Positions 14,322 to 19,176 of a DNA stretch of 19,176 bases are shown here, piece after piece. Numbering within the stretch: the stretch's first letter is position 1; every line of letters begins with the position of its first letter. The notes below the pieces were generated by a model, which was not told the origin of the DNA, searched no databases, and saw nothing but the letters and a program-made list of their open reading frames with translations. The stretch is from assembly GCA_964452145.1 (NCBI GenBank), contig CAYVLA010000035.1, positions 9,944 to 29,119 on the forward strand. Direction: 5' to 3'. Position numbers and translations under genes: made by a program. Source of the DNA: Candidatus Hadarchaeota archaeon (GTDB taxonomy: Archaea; CAYQAE01; CAYVLA01).

Positions 14322-16109
14322 ATGCGACGAACACTTCTTCTGGTCCCGGTAATCGTGATCGTCCTCGTCGTAATCCTGCTTGCACTGAACCAGGAGAATA
14401 CAGCCGCCCCCCTTCCAGGGAACGAGGTGGAGTCCTCCGGCGGGCTGATTGTTGCCTTCGATGGCGCCGTGAAACTGGAGTTCCCACCAGGGGCCCTTTC
14501 CCGGAAGACGACGATTGTGGTATCAGAGGTTTCAACATATCCGGATGCGGGCAAGGTCATCCCCGGGACGGTCTACGAGTTTGGGCCGAACGGGACCCAG
14601 TTCCAGAAGCCGGTCAAGCTGTCGATCCGGTACGACCCGTCACAGCTACCGGCGGGCACGAAGGAAAGCAACCTTAGGATCGTGTTGGCCGAAAGACCGT
14701 TCAGGTTCACAAGTTGGCTGACCGTTGCCAACAGCACGGTTGACACAGGTGCGAAGACGGTCACGGCTTCCGTCAGCAGCTTCAGCACCTACGGGATCAC
14801 CGGGGATGATGATCTCATCAGCGATGAGTACAAGGAGTTCATGAAGAATCCGACATTCGACCTATCGGGTACTGTGGTCATCAACCCATCTCCGTCGGTG
14901 ATCTGTGAACCCGGAGGGGAGCTGCACGTCGAGGCCGTCTATACCGATGCCCAGGGCCATCTGATAGGCTATATGCAACCTCCCAATCCGGTCTACATCT
15001 GGTACCTGGAGTGCGAGACCGGGTCGATGCAGGAAGCCTACATCACCGACGAGACGGCTGGTCCGTACGAGTTGATGCCGTCCGTGGGGGTCATCGTTCT
15101 GAAGGCCCCCGCCGATGCAGAGGGGAAGAAGGGCAAGCTGGTCGTTAGGGTCGATGATGGTGGAGTGATAAGGGCGCAGGCCGAGATCCCGGTAGAGTTC
15201 ATGAGCGGAGCCCGCTTGGAGCCCAATCCCGCGGATTGCCCCGCGGGGTCGATGATCCAGCTGTACTGTCAATCGCCATACAACTACATTGGGGCCCTCA
15301 AGGAAGCCGTTCGGTTCGAATGGAGGACCTCGGGAGCCTTCGGTGTGCTGCTGGGCGAGGGCGGACAGACGGCGGTGAATTCGAGTGCGAGAAACGTGAT
15401 CTACAGAGCCAACAGCGACGCACCCGAGGGCGCATCGGACAGCGTAGTGGTCTCGGTGTATGTCAGCGGGAAACTCAAGTCCCAAGCCGAGACCACCGTC
15501 TTGATATCGGGGTTTGGCGTCTATCTTGAGCCGTACCTAGACTTCTGGGCCTACCCCGGCAAGCGCAAGTCCATCAATTGCCGGTTCTCGGGCAAGGCTC
15601 CCCAAGGCGAGCGTGAATACAACTGGACTTGCACATCTAGGTATGGAAGCCTTTGGTACCCGGAGGAATACACCAAGAAGGACTACGTGTGGTACCTGGC
15701 CCGGAACGATGCAGAGGACTACGGAACCGATGAAGTGACATTGGAAGTCTACCTCATACAGGGGAGTGACAGGGCCCTTCTGGGAAGAGCCACAACAACC
15801 CTTGAGATCTACAACCCGCAGACGGTCTACAATCTCTGCAGCGACCCAACCGGCGAGCACTTCATGAGAGGCAGCGGGATGCAGTGGCAGTTCGAGATCA
15901 TAGGTCACGGTGCGAACTCCGGCGGCTTCAAAGCGAGGCCCGGAGATAGGCTCAGGTTGTACTGCATCAGAAAGGGGGTCGGCACAGGGGATATCTACCT
16001 CCGCGTGGGGATGGTTGGGACGGGCGCTACTGACAAGACCCAGCTACTGCTGACCGCGGACCAGATATACGATGGTCTAGACGCGACTTTCGAGATCACC
16101 ATCTCCTAG
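14322..16109 (+). CDS. Secreted/membrane-anchored surface protein with ZU5-like domain and about three Ig-like repeats
   Basis: MRR + long hydrophobic helix; GGLI..DGAVKLEFPPGAL...YEFGPNGTQFQKPVKLSIRYD...TVTASVSSFSTYG. Repeats begin VINPSP, RLEPNP and YLEPYL, each followed by an (F/Y)xW strand. Confidence 0.75.
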   Translation: MRRTLLLVPVIVIVLVVILLALNQENTAAPLPGNEVESSGGLIVAFDGAVKLEFPPGALSRKTTIVVSEVSTYPDAGKVIPGTVYEFGPNGTQFQKPVKLSIRYDPSQLPAGTKESNLRIVLAERPFRFTSWLTVANSTVDTGAKTVTASVSSFSTYGITGDDDLISDEYKEFMKNPTFDLSGTVVINPSPSVICEPGGELHVEAVYTDAQGHLIGYMQPPNPVYIWYLECETGSMQEAYITDETAGPYELMPSVGVIVLKAPADAEGKKGKLVVRVDDGGVIRAQAEIPVEFMSGARLEPNPADCPAGSMIQLYCQSPYNYIGALKEAVRFEWRTSGAFGVLLGEGGQTAVNSSARNVIYRANSDAPEGASDSVVVSVYVSGKLKSQAETTVLISGFGVYLEPYLDFWAYPGKRKSINCRFSGKAPQGEREYNWTCTSRYGSLWYPEEYTKKDYVWYLARNDAEDYGTDEVTLEVYLIQGSDRALLGRATTTLEIYNPQTVYNLCSDPTGEHFMRGSGMQWQFEIIGHGANSGGFKARPGDRLRLYCIRKGVGTGDIYLRVGMVGTGATDKTQLLLTADQIYDGLDATFEITIS

Positions 16110-16197
16110 CGCGCCCGCCTGCGGAAGCCAGGGCGAACAAGAGCGAACAGAAAACCCGGTCCCAAGGCGCGCCCGAGGCATTGCCACCAACCCGCTG

Positions 16198-18306
16198 TCA
16201 CCGGGACTCGAAGAGGATCAACTCCGATGCCCCTACCTCCTCGAGCCGGATGGCCAGACCACTCTGAGCAAGGCGCATTCCGTCGACCATGATGGTCTCG
16301 CCAGTTCCATCAAGGATCGTCGTATAGCTTCGCCCGCGGTCCAATCCTCTGGGCCTGAGGACGTATTCGTCGTCCGGGGAGGGGCCCATTCTGACAAGGA
16401 TTGCCCATGCCTTGTCGCGATTCGTAGATGCGTACTCCATTGCGAACCAAGGGCTCGACTCGACTCCCCCGCGGGATGAAACGGGCGAGTGATGAAACAC
16501 CCTGCAGTATGGCAGTAGCGGCCGTATGAAGCGTTTGTATATCGCAGCATAGTGCAAGAACCGCTCGCGTGATTTGAGGCTCAGTTCCTTCAGGGATGGA
16601 GCAACCATGCCGGCGAATACCCAGGGCGTGGACAGCGTAAATATCGTCCGCAGGTTGGTGTCAAGGTTCATGGGGCGCCCCTTTGAGCTTCCACCGTCAG
16701 CGCCAAGGCCGATGACGAAGGCCTCTGGGGGCAGGGCCAGGGTCTGGCCGCTGTAGACCTGGAGCACGTGGGGCACCCTTAACCCGTCCGTGAGATACGT
16801 TTCGTGGAATCTGCCCGATGTGCCCAGGTCGTTCCGGGCACCGCCCGCTGCCGCCTGTTGCAGAATCAGATCCGGGTATCGTCTATGTATGCGGTCGAAC
16901 ATTGAATAGAAGGCCTCGTAGTAGCGCCAGTAGTTGTTCTCATCGTAGCCCCACCTTTCCGTCGAAGGCCCTTCTAGGGTGAACAGCGGGTTGTAGTCCA
17001 GCCTGAAGAGGTCAAGGTGGTATGTCTCGATCAGCCTGGTCAGTTCGCCCTCAACATACTCGGCCACCTCCCTCCGGCCTAGGTCGAGTATGTTCTTGGG
17101 GCCGAACCAGTCGGGGTGCTCCTGATGGATCCTGCTCTCCGTCCAGTTGCCGCGGCCGCCCTCTATCTCGGCGTACAGGCCGAACAGCAAGCCCTTGCTC
17201 CGGGCTCGTTCGATCACCGGCTCCAGGCCCCTTGGGAGCCGACTTCTGGAAGGAGTCCAGTCGCCCGCAACGTCCCACCAACCGGCATCCACTATGAAGA
17301 CCTCTGCCCCCAGGGCTGCCGCCAGATCGACGTTGTCCAGCAGCGTCCTCTCGTCCAAGCCACCAGGGCTCCCAAGGGGATATCCCTGATCGCCCGGAAC
17401 GGAGTACTGAATGCGGAAAGATCGATCCGATCGCATCTTGGGTAGGACCGATCCTCGTATGTGTTCGTGCATTGCCTGGACCGCGGTGTCCAGATCGCCC
17501 GAGACGCATCCAAGGTGTACGCTAGGCGAACCCACCGTCTCACCCGGAAGTATCACCCGCTGCGGATCTGTGGCATGGGGCCCGATCCCGAATCGGAGGG
17601 ACTCGCAGCTCCTGCCCGGGCCCTCGTCACGTTGGAAGTCCATCACCCAGTTGGCCGACCATGCGAGGTGGCAGATCCAGTGCTCGCCCGTCGCCCGGTT
17701 AAGGAGTATGAAGAAGGGATCGTTGAATCCCTGTCCCTTATCGCACCTCACGATCGTGGAACCCGGCTCAAGCTCCTTCCAGCCGAACCATCCCTCATAC
17801 GACCAATCATCCCGCGTGAAATACCCCAGCGCAAAGGGGCGATCTGGTCCCTTCGGGGGATGATCCCTGTAGCTCTTGTGCGCCCAAATCCTCATTGCCC
17901 ACGGAAGGATCCCGGTGATGGCCAAGGCTCGTTCCGAAGCATTGCGCACATCTAGCCATCTCCTTACAATCGGGGTTCCGTCCAGGACCGTATGGATGCC
18001 CACCTCGACGCGGGGCTTCTCGGCCACGACACGGACGAGATGGTGCGTGAGATCCCCTTGCTGAGCGATGCGATCCGGGGTTCTCCCCAGGAACCAACCG
18101 GACGGTATGCGGGTCCCGTCGATTTCCAGGTCGAAGGCGGGCTCGCACCATGCATCCGAGGGTGCCTTTGGCCGGCAGTCGGCAGACCAGTACCTGCCAA
18201 CCCACATTGCGTCGACCAATCCCTCGCTGAACACTATCTTGGAAGTTGAGAAGACCACCTCAAGCGGGTTCTCCGACAATCTGCGAATAGAACAGGCATA
18301 TTTCAT
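16198..18306 (-). CDS. Glycoside hydrolase family 36 (alpha-galactosidase-like), divergent
   Basis: LAWSANW, GAEVFIVDAGWW...GDW, RLPRGL, GLLFGLYAEIE, LFRLDYN, AAAGGARNDLG, YLTD, LRPRGLD. ATG 18306 preferred over the longer ORF start. Confidence 0.85.
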   Translation of the reverse strand: MKYACSIRRLSENPLEVVFSTSKIVFSEGLVDAMWVGRYWSADCRPKAPSDAWCEPAFDLEIDGTRIPSGWFLGRTPDRIAQQGDLTHHLVRVVAEKPRVEVGIHTVLDGTPIVRRWLDVRNASERALAITGILPWAMRIWAHKSYRDHPPKGPDRPFALGYFTRDDWSYEGWFGWKELEPGSTIVRCDKGQGFNDPFFILLNRATGEHWICHLAWSANWVMDFQRDEGPGRSCESLRFGIGPHATDPQRVILPGETVGSPSVHLGCVSGDLDTAVQAMHEHIRGSVLPKMRSDRSFRIQYSVPGDQGYPLGSPGGLDERTLLDNVDLAAALGAEVFIVDAGWWDVAGDWTPSRSRLPRGLEPVIERARSKGLLFGLYAEIEGGRGNWTESRIHQEHPDWFGPKNILDLGRREVAEYVEGELTRLIETYHLDLFRLDYNPLFTLEGPSTERWGYDENNYWRYYEAFYSMFDRIHRRYPDLILQQAAAGGARNDLGTSGRFHETYLTDGLRVPHVLQVYSGQTLALPPEAFVIGLGADGGSSKGRPMNLDTNLRTIFTLSTPWVFAGMVAPSLKELSLKSRERFLHYAAIYKRFIRPLLPYCRVFHHSPVSSRGGVESSPWFAMEYASTNRDKAWAILVRMGPSPDDEYVLRPRGLDRGRSYTTILDGTGETIMVDGMRLAQSGLAIRLEEVGASELILFESR

Positions 18307-18432
18307 GGGGCCAGACCTTTCATGGAGACATTTTACCTTTTTCCTCGGATTTGAAGGTCGTCGGGGATCTGATGTCCTCCGCCCTGGGATCAGAGGGCTG
18401 ACCAACCATCCGGCCTAGGATCTGGCGATCCT

Positions 18433-18717
18433 GTGCATCGGCTGTGGTTCAAGTCTGACGGTGCATTGGTCGCCTCAGCCATGGACGGGCGCCGGCAGGT
18501 GGGGGCGGGAAAAGAAGGCCTTCTTCATCCGACCGGAGGACTTCATTATGAACAAGCTGCCAGGCCAGACCGAGGCGAGTTGGATAAAGACGATGTCATC
18601 AACGTCCTAGCCAGGCAGCCGAAGCCTGATACCCGCTGTCTGGAGCTCAGGGCACAGGCTGCAGGCGTGCTCGCCACTCCGCGAGCGTTGCGGACAAGAA
18701 TGAGGCAGGCAACCTGA
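18433..18717 (+). pseudogene. Decayed nucleotidyltransferase (DUF6036/AbiEii-like) C-terminal fragment
   Basis: Stitched across two frameshifts: LWFKSDG..AMDGRRQV / KKAFFIRPEDFIMNKL / ARPDRGELDKDDVINVLARQ..PD..CLELRAQAAGVL. This matches the PEDLI..KL...R..D..D...L.....LD..YL pattern; the N-terminal half is absent. Confidence 0.55.
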
Positions 18718-18810
18718 CTCCTCCCACCATGAATTGTGAGCGGGTCGTGACTCGTCGTCCCTAAGAGCTATATCCACCGACACCGTGTGGGTATCAGAGG
18801 CGAGCCACCG

Positions 18811-19176
18811 ATGAGATCCGGGCACTGCCATCCGTTGGGGAACGTGCGACTGCAGGCAGGCTACTATCAGCAGTATGACGCCGACTTCAGCCTGGACGTG
18901 CCTGCGGAGGGATATGGAGGCTGGAAGAAGGCCGAGATAGAGATCTCCCTTGACCATACGGCTGTAGTCGTCATGCACGCCTGGAACTGCGGCGCTCGGG
19001 AGCAGTACCCCGGGTGGTATCGGGCGGTGGAGTACATCCCCAGGGCCAATACGATCCTAAAGGAGGTATTCCCGAGGCTGCTATCGACGGTTCGATCATC
19101 GGGCATGGAGCTGTTCCATGTCGTCGGTGGTGGCGAATACTACAAGGGCTATGCGGGCTACAGACGCGCCGTTCAG
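18811..19176 (+). CDS. Isochorismatase / cysteine-hydrolase-like protein, truncated by the window edge
   Basis: Translated by hand, open to the end: ...GWKKAEIEISLDHTAVVVMHAWNCG...RANTILKEVFPRLLSTVRSSGMELFHV, matching the TALLVID...I..LL..AR..G..V.H pattern. Start ATG 18811 or TTG 18835. Confidence 0.6.
   Translation, partial: MRSGHCHPLGNVRLQAGYYQQYDADFSLDVPAEGYGGWKKAEIEISLDHTAVVVMHAWNCGAREQYPGWYRAVEYIPRANTILKEVFPRLLSTVRSSGMELFHVVGGGEYYKGYAGYRRAVQ

Noticed and set aside
16109..16176. Short repeats GCGAACA x2 and GCGCGCCCG x2 between convergent genes
   Set aside because: Too short and irregular to support a CRISPR, REP or att call.
1..19176. CRISPR array, IS element, integrase or rRNA
   Set aside because: No regularly spaced repeats, transposase/recombinase motifs or rRNA-like segments found on reading.

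Overview
GC-rich archaeal genomic DNA, judged from archaeal-type Mre11/Rad50, aIF2-beta, NMD3, DUF424, an intronless tRNA without encoded CCA, and BRE/TATA promoters. Left (1-6181): a tightly packed minus-strand operon, RPA2-like OB-fold > aIF2-beta > DUF424 > NMD3 > Mre11 > Rad50 (truncated by the window edge, apparently starting at CTG), with a divergent TatD-family gene. Middle (6194-13000): a YkgJ Cys-cluster gene lacking a canonical start, an uncharacterised glycoside-hydrolase-like protein with an inserted module, a UroD/MtaA-family protein, a secreted beta-propeller + CBM-like protein with a C-terminal anchor, and an intact heliorhodopsin. Right (13193-19176): tRNA-Arg(TCG) followed by an accessory-looking region containing short duplications of the tRNA 3' end, a probable surface-protein remnant, a VapBC toxin-antitoxin pair, a ZU5-like/Ig-like surface protein, a divergent GH36, a doubly frameshifted nucleotidyltransferase remnant and a partial isochorismatase-like gene. 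No CRISPR array, integrase or transposase was seen. All family calls come from motif recognition by eye, not from database searches.
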